DNA of 64,000 nucleotides, from NCBI RefSeq assembly GCF_044704955.1, contig NW_027254464.1, positions 1 to 64,000 on the forward strand. The letters are read 5' to 3'. The notes under the pieces are model-generated. The model ran no database searches. It saw only the letters and a list, made by a program, of their open reading frames with translations, and was not told the DNA's origin. Source of the DNA: Pristiophorus japonicus. Its lineage: Eukaryota. A program made the position numbers and the translations under genes. This document shows, piece after piece, positions 12,985 to 24,700 of the stretch. Position 1 is the stretch's first letter; every line of letters begins with the position of its first letter.

Positions 12985-13498
12985 GTGAAGCTGCTTGTCA
13001 CTTTCATTTTCCGCTCCACTCCCACTCTGACCTCTCCATCCTCGGGCTCTTACACTGTTGCAAGGAATCTCAACGTAAGCACGAGGGACAATATCTTATC
13101 TTTCGAATTTACAGCCTTCTGGACTCAATACCGAGTTCAACAGATTCAGACGATAATCTCCGCCCCTATTTTTTTCTCTCAAATAGCAGCTGTTGATGAT
13201 TCTGCCATTCCCATTTTACCTCATCTGGACCCAACTTTTGTTTCTTAACTTGTCGCATTACCATCTACTTTTGCCTTGCACCATCATCTCTTTTGTCTTT
13301 TAATCTCTCTTACCTTCTATCCTATCAGAGACTTCCCATGTGTTCTTTCCTCCCCTCAAACCTTTCCATGCCTCTACACCTGCTTAAAAATATGTCATGT
13401 CTCCAACTTTTTCCACTTCTGACCAAGGATCACCGACCTGAAACGTTACCAGTGTTTCTCCCTCCACAGATGCTGCGCGACCTGCTGATTATTTCCGG
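12985..13498 (+). mobile_element. Penelope-like element 3' remnant (GIY-YIG C-terminus and pseudo-LTR)
   Basis: Decayed SHSDLSILGLLHC..ESQRKHEGQYLIFR..QPSGLNTEFN, followed by gaaacgtta...tccacagatgctgc..gacctgctga. Confidence 0.7.
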
Positions 13499-13749
13499 NN
13501 NNNNNNNNNNNNNNNNNNNNNNNNNNNNNNNNNNNNNNNNNNNNNNNNNNNNNNNNNNNNNNNNNNNNNNNNNNNNNNNNNNNNNNNNNNNNNNNNNNNN
13601 NNNNNNNNNNNNNNNNNNNNNNNNNNNNNNNNNNNNNNNNNNNNNNNNNNNNNNNNNNNNNNNNNNNNNNNNNNNNNNNNNNNNNNNNNNNNNNNNNNNN
13701 NNNNNNNNNNNNNNNNNNNNNNNNNNNNNNNNNNNNNNNNNNNNNNNNN
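13499..13749. other. Assembly gap
   Basis: Run of N. Confidence 1.
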
Positions 13750-14221
13750 GAGAAATGCCACGTTAAATCTGAACCAGACAAAACAAGAGCACAGAAGGAA
13801 ATCAGTGACTTTGAATAGAAACATATCTATTTTTGATAATATGAAAAAGGCTCATCAGGGTATGGAAATCTCACGCTATACTGACACTGGTCTACGGAAC
13901 GGTGGGACTGGACAACAGTGTCTGTAATTATATTACTGGGATGGTCAGTAGATGGAGATCTCAGTATGCACTAACACATGAGCTATGCAAACCTCTCAGG
14001 CTGTGATTGCCACAACCAATCCCACATCAGAGAGATGAGTCCATCATCCCCTCTATCTGAGGTTGTAATTTGGCCCAAGATCCCAGAGGCTGAAAGGTCA
14101 GCGTCGGACTACTGACCCACTCAATTCACCAGAGAGAGGGAGCGAAGACATTCAACCAACTGGTCGGAGGCTACATTTGACTCCAGGTTCCGAGGTGATG
14201 AACCATCCAACCAATACCGGA

Positions 14222-14442
14222 ATTGCAATGAGATTCACGTCAGCAATCCCATAGGGGTGCAGGGAGGAGCCTGCGTATCCCGTATCATGGACGGCAGCTT
14301 GGGAATTATAAAATGCCACCGATCCTACCAGTTGCTTCTATCTGTTGAAAAGCGGCGGAAGGACTCACTGAAACATCTCGTTATCTCTTTTATTCTCGTA
14401 CTCGAGCAGATTTCCCACAATTAACCGGGCCGATCTGTGAGT
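14222..14442 (+). promoter_or_regulatory. Candidate promoter and non-coding first exon of the GPCR gene
   Basis: ATTGCAAT (C/EBP-like, 14222), TCACGTCA (CRE/ATF-like, 14235), TATAAAA (14307-14313) and locally retained CpGs, then donor CT|GTGAGT at 14437-14442. A matching acceptor lies at 17231-17232. Confidence 0.5.
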
Positions 14443-14619
14443 ACACTCCGACATTCCCAGTCTCTGGCACGGTTTGTGGGTCGAGGTCCAATTGATTCAG
14501 TATAAGACACAGAGATTGGGGGAGAGAGGAATGTGTGTGTAACTTTCTTTAAGCACTTGAATATGCTGGGACAGTTTAGATAGAGGAAAATGTCACTGTC
14601 AATGATGTAGAGCGAAGAT

Positions 14620-15560
14620 GGGGGAGTAGGGCGCGGGAAAGCGGGGGTAGAGAACGGGAACGCGAGAGTAGAGAGCGGGGATGGGGAATAGAGAGCGGGG
14701 TTGGGGAATAGAGAGCGGGGATGGGGAATAGAGGGCGGGGATGGTGAATAGAGAGTAGGGAATAGAGAGCAGGGATGGGGAATAGAGAGCGAGGATGGGG
14801 AATAGAGAGCGGGGATGGGGAATAGAGAGTGGGGATGTGGAATAGAGAGCGGAGATGGGAATAGAGAGTGGTGATGGGGAATAGAGAGCGGGGATGGGTA
14901 AAAGAGAGCGGGGATGGGTTATAGAGAGCGGGGATGGGGAATAGAGAGCGGGGATGGGGAATAGAGAGCGGGGATGGGGAATAGAGAGAGGGGATGGGGA
15001 ATAGAGAGCGGGGATGGGGAATAGAGAGCGGGGATGGGGAATAGAGAGCGGGGATGGGGAATAGAGAGTGGGGATGGGGAATAGAGAGCGGGGATGGGGA
15101 ATAGAGAGCGGGGATGGGGAATAGAGAGCGGGGATGGGAATAGAGAGCGGGGATGGGGAATAGAGAGCGGGGATGGGGAATAGAGAGCGGGGATGGGGAA
15201 TAGAGAGCGGGGATGGGGAATAGAGAGCGGGGATGGGGAATAGAAAGTGGGGATGGGGAGTAGAGAGCGTGGGTGGGCAATATAGAGTGGGGATGGGGAA
15301 TAGAGAGCGGGGATGGGGAATTGAGAGCGGGGATGGGGAATAGAGAGTGGGGGTGGGGAGTAGAGAGCGGGGATGGGGAGTAGAGAGTGGGGATGGGGAA
15401 TAGAGAGTGGGGATGGGGAATAGAGAGCGGGGATGGGGAGTAGAGAGCGGGGATGGGGAGTAGAGAGTGGGGATGGGGAATAGAGAGCGGAAATGGGGAA
15501 TAGAGAGCGGGGATAGGGAATAGAGAGCGGGGATGATGAGTAAAGAGTGGGGATGGGGGA
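14620..15560 (+). repeat. 20-bp G-rich minisatellite (GGGGATGGGGAATAGAGAGC)n, about 44 units
   Basis: Directly visible; homogeneous core about 14935-15240 with degenerate edges. Confidence 0.97.
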
Positions 15561-16564
15561 GTGGAGATCAAGGATGAATGTGGTGTCATTTTGCTCTTTG
15601 TGTTTTCTGCTTTCTGATCATTTTTGCTGAAATTTATCAGAATGTCTCCATGTATCGGAGAATGAGAGTTAGCCAAACTGAGTTACTGGGATAAAATGGA
15701 ATTTCCCAAAGACAGCGAAAGGTAAGCAAATGGAATGAGGTTGAATACTTGGATAAATAGAGACAAAAGCATTGAAAGTTAATGAGAACATGTAGAGAGA
15801 TAATTAATCAGATGGAGGGGAATGGGGAGTCAGCAGAGGTATTGAGACGGGAATGAGGGAGTACATTGATTGCAAAGGGAGGAACTGAAAGAGGTGGACG
15901 AATGTGGTCAGAGAGCAGCGAGTAAGCTGAGAGAGTAAATAAAGGTGAACAGTCAATCTGTTGAGAGAGCATAATGGGGAGAATAAGAAAGGGAGAGAAG
16001 AGAAGAGAGAGCGAGACAGAGGGTGGCAAAGAGCAGAGAGATCAACAGAATGTAGAAAGTGAGCAAAAGATAAATCAACAGACAATTTGCGGAGACAGTA
16101 AGGCAGAGAAAGCGAGACACAGAGCGAGAGATAGCAGGAGTGACGGAAGAGAGAGATAGGGAAGCAAAAGGAAAAGTTGGAGCAAGAACGACACGGGAAT
16201 TATAGAGAGACACAAGAGAGATACAGTTTCTGGAACCTTTGTTTCCGATGGTTCGATTGGCTTTGTGATCTTGCCAAAGCAAATTCCTTCTTTGTGGACG
16301 GTTATTAAGCCTTTATATTCTCAGCTGCCATGAGATCTCTGAGAATATGGAGACAGTGAGAGAATCTAGGTGAGATTGAGAGAGGGAAGACGTGGGTAAA
16401 TAGTAAGTAGTAAAAGGATTGGGAAATTGAAAAATAGTGAAATGGAAAGTCAGAGTCACTCACAGCGAGGCTGGATTTTAAACTAGGGCGTGAAAGGTCA
16501 GCGTCGAAGGAGTGAGACACCCCAGTCAGGTCATAGTGCACAGAATTTGCCCTGATGGAGCGGG

Positions 16565-16905
16565 GCTGTAAGATAATAGTCAGTGTACAGCTATTCCCTT
16601 AGAAACAGGGACTGAGAGATACATGTCTGCACTGGGGGAGAAGTATTGAGAGACATAAGATAAGTCAGTGCGCAGATATCTAAGCTGCTAGTCAGTGTAC
16701 ATATATCTTCCTGAGAGAGAGGGACTGAGAAACACCATCAGTGTGAAGGTATCTTCCTGAGGGAGAGGGAACTGAGCGACATTAGTCAGTGTACAGATAT
16801 TTCCCTGAGCGACAGACTGAGGGAGAGAGAGTGAGAGAGAGAGAGAGAGAGAGAGGTAAAACACATATATCTTGCTGAGTGGGATTGACTCAGAGACACC
16901 ACTAC
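16565..16905 (-). repeat. Short array of the about 48-bp minisatellite (same family as 34418-36882), plus (GA)n
   Basis: agtcagtgtacagatat...gggactgagagacac units are the reverse complement of the 34-37 kb array. Confidence 0.8.
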
Positions 16906-17238
16906 AGATACATCACTTTCTAATAACTAGGAATACAGCATTTACAATACATCCATAACCTTTCCATATCTGTCCATTTACAGGGATCAGTTTCCTGTGC
17001 GATTGGTGAAGTTCTGTTACCACAGGAATCTCTTGGTCCTGTTGATTTCCATACGTTTCAACTAAGAACTTCGTCCATTCTGAACCCATGAGAAAGGAAT
17101 AACGTGTTGGGGACCGAATTAAGTTATTCAACAACTAATAAACTGACAGTGCGATCCCAACTGTTATTGGACAATACATGATCTCAGTTTCTCCCTCATT
17201 TTTCATTTGTTATTCTTTATTATTTAACACAGCATCAA

Positions 17239-18207
17239 ATGACCTCTGTTGTGAGCTGGAATGCAACAGTCACAATATCCAATCAGACTGGAAATGCCAG
17301 TCTTGGACCCATGACGGACAGCGCCGCCGAATCCAGCTTAATGAAACAATTGATTGTATTTCCCATTATCCTTGGCCCAATCATAATATTGGGTATTATT
17401 GGGAACTCAATAGCACTATGGCACATTGTACGAATGAAGAAGTTCTCATCACCAACTGATGTCCTCCTGTTTGACTTAACTGTCATCAATTTGTTGGATA
17501 TCCTGGCTTCTGCAGTTTCCTTTATTGGACATTTCGATGATTCTTTCTCAGTGGGGTTACTTAATGATATCAGTTTTATCCTGAGTTCAATCAACTGTTA
17601 CGGCACCCCATCCTTCATGGCCTTAATTGCTATTGACCATTACATTGCTGTTGTCCACCCCATCAGGTCTCATTCCTGGAGAAGGCCCAAACATTACGTT
17701 TGCCTGTCAATTGTAACTTGGCTCACCGTGCTATCCCTGAGCCTGGGGTATTTTTTCGGCACAAAAGGCGGGATTTCCGGCCCACTTACATGTAAGGCTC
17801 TGGTTTCACTCTGGGAAAGGAACCCGGTGCTAATGATGTGCTCCGAGTTGTTCACATTTTTCATCCCAGTCCTGATCCTTTTGATTTGCTATGCCCTGAC
17901 CGCAAAGAAACTGTTCGAAGTGGGAGCTGGGAAGGAATCCATGGAGCTGATGAAGAAGAAAGTGCTGAGGACCATTTGGGCAATTCTGGCTCTCCTCCTT
18001 TTTTGCTTTGCCCCATTTTACATCATTGAATTGTCTTTTGTGTTGAAGAACCTTTTGAGTCCCTCAGGAGAAATCGCAACTTGGTACGTTTGCAAGATTC
18101 GACTGTATACCTGGGCCCTCTCTTCCCTCAGCGGTGTCCTCAATCCACTGCTCTACATTTTCAGGTCCCACAATTTTCAATGGAGACAACATTGCTGTTG
18201 GGTGTAA
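17239..18207 (+). CDS. Orphan class A (rhodopsin-like) GPCR, P2Y/LPAR/GPR35-like group, intronless coding region, 322 aa
   Basis: Seven hydrophobic helices; GN (TM1), DHYxAVVHP (TM3), W (TM4), FxxP...CY (TM5), CFAP (TM6), NPLLY (TM7); three N-terminal sequons (NAT, NQT, NAS); polypyrimidine tract and AG acceptor 6 nt before the ATG. Confidence 0.93.
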   Translation: MTSVVSWNATVTISNQTGNASLGPMTDSAAESSLMKQLIVFPIILGPIIILGIIGNSIALWHIVRMKKFSSPTDVLLFDLTVINLLDILASAVSFIGHFDDSFSVGLLNDISFILSSINCYGTPSFMALIAIDHYIAVVHPIRSHSWRRPKHYVCLSIVTWLTVLSLSLGYFFGTKGGISGPLTCKALVSLWERNPVLMMCSELFTFFIPVLILLICYALTAKKLFEVGAGKESMELMKKKVLRTIWAILALLLFCFAPFYIIELSFVLKNLLSPSGEIATWYVCKIRLYTWALSSLSGVLNPLLYIFRSHNFQWRQHCCWV

Positions 18208-18498
18208 CACGTCACTGAAGCATGGCCCAATTACCACACCCCACTCGCCACACATTGACAAGAGTGTCAGTTACAATGTGGAATCACACTTACCACTTCC
18301 CAACACGTAGTTGCAATTAGAGTATGATGAAGACAAGGCCACCTGGGTGCCAGTGATTTGAAATGGTGGTAAACATAATGGAAGTCTCTGTAAATCAAGC
18401 ATGGTCAACTTAGGTTTGCTGCATTGATTATCAATGAGCATGTGTCTATATGTAACCTATAATCAATTTGCCACTACTTACCAGCTCTCTATGTATCA

Positions 18499-18534
<36 letters not shown>

Positions 18535-19139
18535 AGCGTGCACTTCCTATTTACAGACTTTACTTCCTTTCCTCACAACTTTTGGTCACATTTTTCTCTT
18601 ACCAGTTCCCATTGTAAATTGGTACGTCAACATTTCTCATCCAATTGTGCATCATTATCTGTTGTTGAAGATGCTGTGACTCACCACTAGGTCACTTCCT
18701 TTCTGCTGTCTCGATCCCAAAGTATATAAATACAAATTACGTTCATCAATTGAACTTGGGCAACACCACAAGCAATCCACTGCTTCATATAGAAAGCAAC
18801 GAACGACCATCAGAGTACTTGACTTCATGACTGGTGACATAGGGTAATGTTTCCCGATACTCCAAGACAACAGTGGGGCTTCGCATGCAGTTTGCAAAGG
18901 GTAGATCTAGTATGAGACCAACTAATGCACTGATGGAAACCCATGACGTTCAAGGCATGTTTTGTGTAGCCACGGCGTGTAGGTGATAGGACGACAACAT
19001 CTTTCAGGATGGGAGATGGCTAGAATTTGTTGTGGTGACCTGATTTTACCGAGTCTCCATCCATAGTTCTCAATTGAGAAATATTGACTGTATGGAGCGT
19101 GTACTTGTGCTTGCTCCCTTCCATCATGATGCAGCAGTG

Positions 19140-20620
19140 GGAATAGTTTGGGATTAATACAAGGCTACATGGAGAGAGCCGGGAGAGAACAGGGCATTGG
19201 AATTAATGTGGTATTCATATAAGGCTATGAGAGAGAGTGGGAAACTGAGGTTAGTTTCGGATGGACAAAGGACTATGGAGAAGGGGTGGAGCAGTGTGAT
19301 AAATGTGGGATTGAAACAGGGCGATGGGAAGAGTTTAGCAGCCTGATTCATCACCATAGGCAGTCCCTCGAAACGAGAATTACTTGCTTCCATGCCGAGA
19401 ACAAATGAGTTATTAAGTGTTTCAATTATATTCCGGATCCCGAACTACATCCTGAAAGGTGGAAGACGAATGCGCGTGTATTTTTTTTAACGTGTGGTGG
19501 CCTTTGCATCCCAGCCACCACGGAGGTTTGATAGAGCTAGGTCTTGATCTCGTGCCAAGGATTAATCAAGACGACTGGCGGCCAGCTCTACTGCATGGAG
19601 CTAGTGCACACACAATCGCTGTGCTTCCCATAGGCACTCGTCTCTTCTGGGCCCCGAACTTTCGCCTCTTCTGGGTTCCCATCACGTCCCTCTACGAACT
19701 CATGCTGCTTCTTCGCCCCAACTTCAAAATTCCTGCTGTACTTGCCTGAACTGAAATCAGCCGTTGCCCTCCTGCAGCAGCACACGCTTCTCCCTGAAGT
19801 GGCATGCCGCCGCACGCTGCTGCCTCTAATAGCTACGGGAGAGAGTGGGGAACTGAGGTTAGTTTAGGGTGGATAAAGGGCTATGAGGAAGGCGTGGGGC
19901 AGAGTGATTAGTGTGGGATTGAAACAGGTCGTCGGGGAGAGATTGGCAGCGTGATGAGTGGGGGATTGATATCGGGCTATCGGGAGAGAGGGGGCTTTGG
20001 GAATAGTTTTGAATTAATATAGGGCTATAGGCGAAGTGAAGTCAGTAGTATTAGTTTGGGATTGATAGAGGGCTGTGGGGAGAGAGGGGGCTGTGTGATT
20101 AGTTTGAGATTGATACAGCGCTATTGGGAATGAGCCATGCAATGGGATTAGATTGGGATTGATGAAGGGCAATGGGCAGAGAAGGCCTGTGAGCTGAGTT
20201 TGGGTTTCATACGTGGATATGGGGAAAATGGGTAGTAGGATTAGTTTTGGATTGATACAGAAATATGGGGAAATAGTCGAAAGAGGGATTAGTTTGGCAT
20301 TAACACAGGGCTTTGTGGAAAGTGGGCAGTGGATTAGTTCGGGCACTATGCAGGGATATGGGGAAAGAGAGGAAAGTATGATTAGTTTGGGATTGATACA
20401 GGGCTATGAGGTGTGAGCGGGGCTGTGGGATTGATTGGGATTCCTATAGGGTTATGGGGATAGAGGCGCCATTGTGCTAGTTTGTGATTGATATCGGGCT
20501 ACGTGGAGAGAGGGGCTGTGTGATTAGTTTGGGATTGATACATCACTGTGTGGATTGGGTGGAGCTGTGGGATTAGACTGACATTTATATAAGGCTATAG
20601 GGAGAGTGGAGGCCTGATCA
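19140..20620 (+). repeat. Degenerate about 45-48-bp minisatellite (gggctatggggagagaggggctgtgtgattagtttgggattgataca)
   Basis: Recurring gattagtttgggattgatacagggctat units; interrupted by the element at 19347-19830. Confidence 0.8.
19347..19830 (-). mobile_element. Non-autonomous RTE-type short element
   Basis: Homologous to 41960-42276 in the opposite orientation; ends in gggactgcctatg(gtg)atg, an RTE-type (GAT)n tail. Confidence 0.6.
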
Positions 20621-20694
20621 CACAAGAGGCAACACTGCAATCAGAAATTAGGATGTAAATGAATGGTTTCAGTTTGTGCCAGTTACCTCCTATG

Positions 20695-22770
20695 ACATAA
20701 GAACATAAGAACATAAGAATTAGGAACAGGAGTAGGCCATCTAGTCCCTCGAGCCTGCTCCGCCATTCAATAAGATCATGGCTGATCTGGTCGTGGACTC
20801 AGCTCCACTTACCCGCCCTCTCCCCGTAACCCTTAATTCCCTTATTGCTTACAAATCTATCTATCTTTGACTTGAAAACATTCAATGAACCAGCCTCAAC
20901 TGCTTCCTTGGGCAGAGAATTCCACAGATTCACAAACCTCTGGGAGAAGAAATTCTTTCTCAACTCGGTTTTAAATTGGCTCCTCCGTATTATGAGGCTG
21001 TGCCCCCTAGTTCTAGTCTCCCCCACCAATGGAAACAACCTCTCTGCCTCTATCTTGTCTATCCCTTTCATTATTTTAAATGTTTCTATAAGATCACCCC
21101 TCATCCTTCTGAACTCCAAGGAGTAAAGACCCAGTCTACTCAATCTATCATCATAAGGTAACCCCCTCATTTCTGGAATCAGCCTAGTGAATCGTCTCTG
21201 TACCCCTTCCAAAGCTAGTGTATCCTTCCTTAAATAAGGTGACCAAAACTGCACGCAGTACTCCAGGTGCGGCCTTATCAATATCTTATACAGTTGCAGC
21301 AACACCTCCCTGCTTTTGTACTCCATCCCTTTCGCAATGAAGGCCAACATTGCATTTGCCTTCCTGATTACCTGCTGCACCTGCAAACTAACCTTTTGGG
21401 ATTCATGCACAAGGACCCCCAGGTCCCTCTGCACCACAGCATGTTGTAATTTCTCCCCATTCAAATAATATTCTCTTTTACTGTTTTTTTCCCAAGGTGG
21501 ATGACCTCACACTTTCCGACATTGTATTCCATCTGCCAAACCTTAGCCCATTCGCTTAACCTATCCAAATCTCCTTGCAGCCTCTCTGAGTCCTCTACGC
21601 AACCCGCTTTCCCACTAATCTTAGTGTCATCTGCACATTTTGTTGCACTACACTCTGTCCCCTCCTCTAGGTCATCTATGTATATTATAAACAGTTGTGG
21701 TCCCAGCACTGATCCCTGTGCCACACCACTAACCACTGATTTCCAACCGGAAAAGGACCCATTTATCCTGACTCTCTGCTTTCTGTTCGCCAGCCAATTC
21801 TCTATCCATGCTAATACATTTCCTCTGACTCCGCGCACCTTTATCTTCTGCAGTAACCTTTTGTGTGGCACCTTATCGAATGCCTTTTGGAAATCTAAAT
21901 ACACCACATCCATCGGTACACCTCTATCCACCATGCTCGTTATATCCTCAAAGAATTCTAGTAAGTTAGTTAAACATGATTTCCCTTTCATGAATCCATG
22001 CTGCGTCTGCTTGATTGCACTATTCCTATCTAGATGTCCCGCTATTTCTTCCTTCATGATAGTTTCAAGCATTTCCCCCACTACAGATTTTAAACTAACC
22101 GGCCTATAGTTACCTGCCTTTTGTCTGCCCCCCTTTTTTAAACAGAGGCGTTACATTCGCTGCTTTCCAATCCGCTGGTACCTCCCCAGAGTCCAGAGAA
22201 TTTTGGTAGATTATAACAAATGCATCTGCTATAACTTCCACCATCTCTTTTAATACCCTGGGATGCATTTCATCAGGACCAGGGGACTTGTCTACCTTCA
22301 TTCCCATTAGTCTGTCCAGCACTACCTCCCTAGTGATAGTGATCATCTCAAGGTCCTCCCTTCTCACATTCCTATGACCAGCAATTTTTGGCATGGTTTT
22401 TGTGTCTTCCACTATGAAGACGGAAGCAAAATAATTGTTTAAGGTCTCAGCCATTTCCACATTTCCCATTATTAAATCCTCCTTTTCATCTTCTAAGGGA
22501 CCAACATTTACTTTAGTCACTCTTTTCCGTTTTATATATCTGTAAAAGCTTTTACTATCTGTTTTTATGTTTTGCACAAGTTTACCTTCGTAATCTATCT
22601 TCCCTTTCTTTATTGGTTTTTTAGTCATTCTTTGGCTTAAAATCTTCCCAATCCTCTAGTTTCCCTCTAACCTTGGCCACCTTATACGCATTGGTCTTTG
22701 ATTTGATACTTTCCTTTATTTCCTTGGTTATCCACGGCTGGTTATCTCTTCTCTTGCCGCCCTTCTTTTT
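20695..22770 (-). mobile_element. CR1 LINE, (TTCTTATG)n-tailed subfamily
   Basis: ORFs 22110-22628, 21461-22081 and 20799-21464 cover the linker, RT and C-terminus; tail at 20695-20720; carries an unoccupied TCCTTGTGCATGAA site (21402-21415). Confidence 0.95.
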
Positions 22771-23087
22771 CATTTTGGGTTATGTCCCAGATGTGGACAC
22801 TTGCATATATTCAAAGTAAACAATTTATTAACCAGTTGCTTCTTCAAGAAGAAACACTTGATTACAAATTCTAGATACTAATAGATTCGAATTTTCCGTG
22901 TCTTTTTCTTTAATGATCTACTGGAGTTTGCTACAAAATGCTGTTTGAATCGGTGAATGTTGTAATTCTAAAATTGACGGTCAATAAAATATGAGTGTAC
23001 ATGTTAAGCAGCCGAACCATTTCATTTTTAGAAAACATCACAATCTATTAACTCAAGGTTACAATAATATCTTCCTCAACTCTCAAT

Positions 23088-24130
23088 ACCAACAACAACT
23101 TCCATTTTTACAGCGCCATAATGTAGTAAAACATCCCAAGGCGCTTCACAGGAGCGATTATCACACAAAATGTGACACAGAGCCACATAAGAAGATATTA
23201 GGAGAGGTGACCAAGAGCTTAGTCAAAGAGGTAGATTTTAAGGATCGTTTTAAAGGGAGAGCAAGGTAGTGCGGTGGAGAAGTTTAGGAAGGGCAATTCA
23301 GAGCTTCCGGCCAAGGCTGTTGAAAGCACGACCACCAGTGATGAGTGATTAACATAGAGGATGCGCAAGAGGCTGGAATTTAGAGGTGTGCAGAGATGTC
23401 AAAGGGTTGTATTACTGGAGGAGGTTGCAGAGGTTAGAGAGAAAGGGAGGGATTTGAAAAAATGATCAGAATTTTAAAATAGAGTTTTTGCCAGGCCGGG
23501 AGCCAATGTACGCCAGTGATGGAGTGATGGAGGAACCGAACTTGTTGCAAATTAGGACATGGGCAGCCGAGTTTGGGATGAGGTAAAGTTTATAGAAGGT
23601 GAAAGATGGGAGCCCGGCCAGGTGCGCGTTGAAATAGTCAAGTGTAGCGGTAACAAAGGCATGGATGGGGGATTCCACAACAGATGAGCTGAGGCAGGGG
23701 TGGAGTCTGTCGATGTTACTGTGGTAGAAGTAAGCGATCTTGGTGAAGTAGCGGATATGTGGTTGGATGCTCATCTCGAAGTCAAATATGACAGAAAGTT
23801 TGCAGATGGACTGATTCACACTCACAAAGATACCAGAGAGAGGGATGGAGTCGGTGGCTATGGAACAGAGTTTGTGATGAGTCTGATGACAATGGCTTCG
23901 GTCCTCCCAATATTTTGTTGGAGAACATTCCTGCTCATCCAGTACCGTATGTTGGAAAACAGTCTGACAAATTAACTAGAGGGATGGAGAGAAGTAGTGG
24001 TGAGGTAGAGCTGGGTGTCGTTTGTGTGTATCTGGAACCTGATACTGTGCGTTTAGATAATGTCGCTGATTGGAATAGAAGGGGGCCAAGGATAGATCTT
24101 TTAGGGATTCCAGAGGTAACGGTGTGAGAC
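23088..24130 (-). mobile_element. L2 LINE RT/3' fragment
   Basis: IHAFVTATLDYFNAHLAGLP...NSAAHVL; tail ggcgctgtaaaaatggaagttgttgttg. Confidence 0.85.
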
Positions 24131-24261
24131 TGGGAAGAGTTACCCTGACTATTGGCAGTGTGAGGAAAGACATTTAGACTCCAACCAGTGGATAGGTCTT
24201 GAGGGGGTGGAGAGGGGAGAAATGAAGGAGATTTGTTCTGAGTTATGTGTGGAAAGGAAAT

Positions 24262-24700
24262 AATCTAGCGCCTTTGATGAACTCAGGACGTCCCAAAGCA
24301 CTTTAGAGTCAATGAAGGACATTTAAAGTGCAGTTACTGTTCAATGTAGGGCAAGCGGCAGCCAATTTGTGCACTGCAAAATCCCACAAACAGCAATGTG
24401 ATAAATGAACATACAATCTGTTTTAGTGATAGTGGGTGAGGGATAAATGTTAGCCAGGGTACTAGGAGAATTCCTCTGCCATGGGATATTTTGCATTCAC
24501 CTGAGAGAGCAGGCAAAGCCTTAGTTCAATATCTCGTCAGAAAGAAGGCACCTCCGACAATACAGCAGTGCAGCAGTCCCTCAGCAATGCACTTGGGGTG
24601 CCAGAATAGATTACGTGTTTAAATCTCTGTAGTGGGGCTTGAACCCAGAAATTGCTGACATCAGAGGCGCGGGTGTTCCTGCTGAGCCAATGCTGACACT
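24262..24700 (-). mobile_element. Near full-length Deu-domain SINE with tRNA-derived head
   Basis: Minus strand shows A-box-like TGGCTCAGCAGG, B-box-like GGTTCAAGCC, the Deu core and an L2-like tail. Confidence 0.8.

Noticed and set aside
14620-15560. Ig class-switch (S) region upstream of the IgM exon
   Set aside because: The G-rich strand is antisense to the Ig exon, the unit lacks AGCT palindromes, and it lies across an assembly gap.
14576-15676. 366-aa Pro/Ser-rich ORF on the minus strand
   Set aside because: It is a translation of the 20-bp minisatellite, whose C-rich strand lacks stop codons; no domain or gene context.
14050-16530. Short tRNA-like segments (gacgctgacctttca...) near 14050-14130 and 16460-16530 on the minus strand
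   Set aside because: No cloverleaf; most likely decayed SINE heads, too short to assign.
18680-19130. Unique-looking sequence 3' of the GPCR as an extra exon
   Set aside because: The three plus-strand frames contain stops and the short minus-strand ORF (18655-18897) gave no recognisable protein motif.
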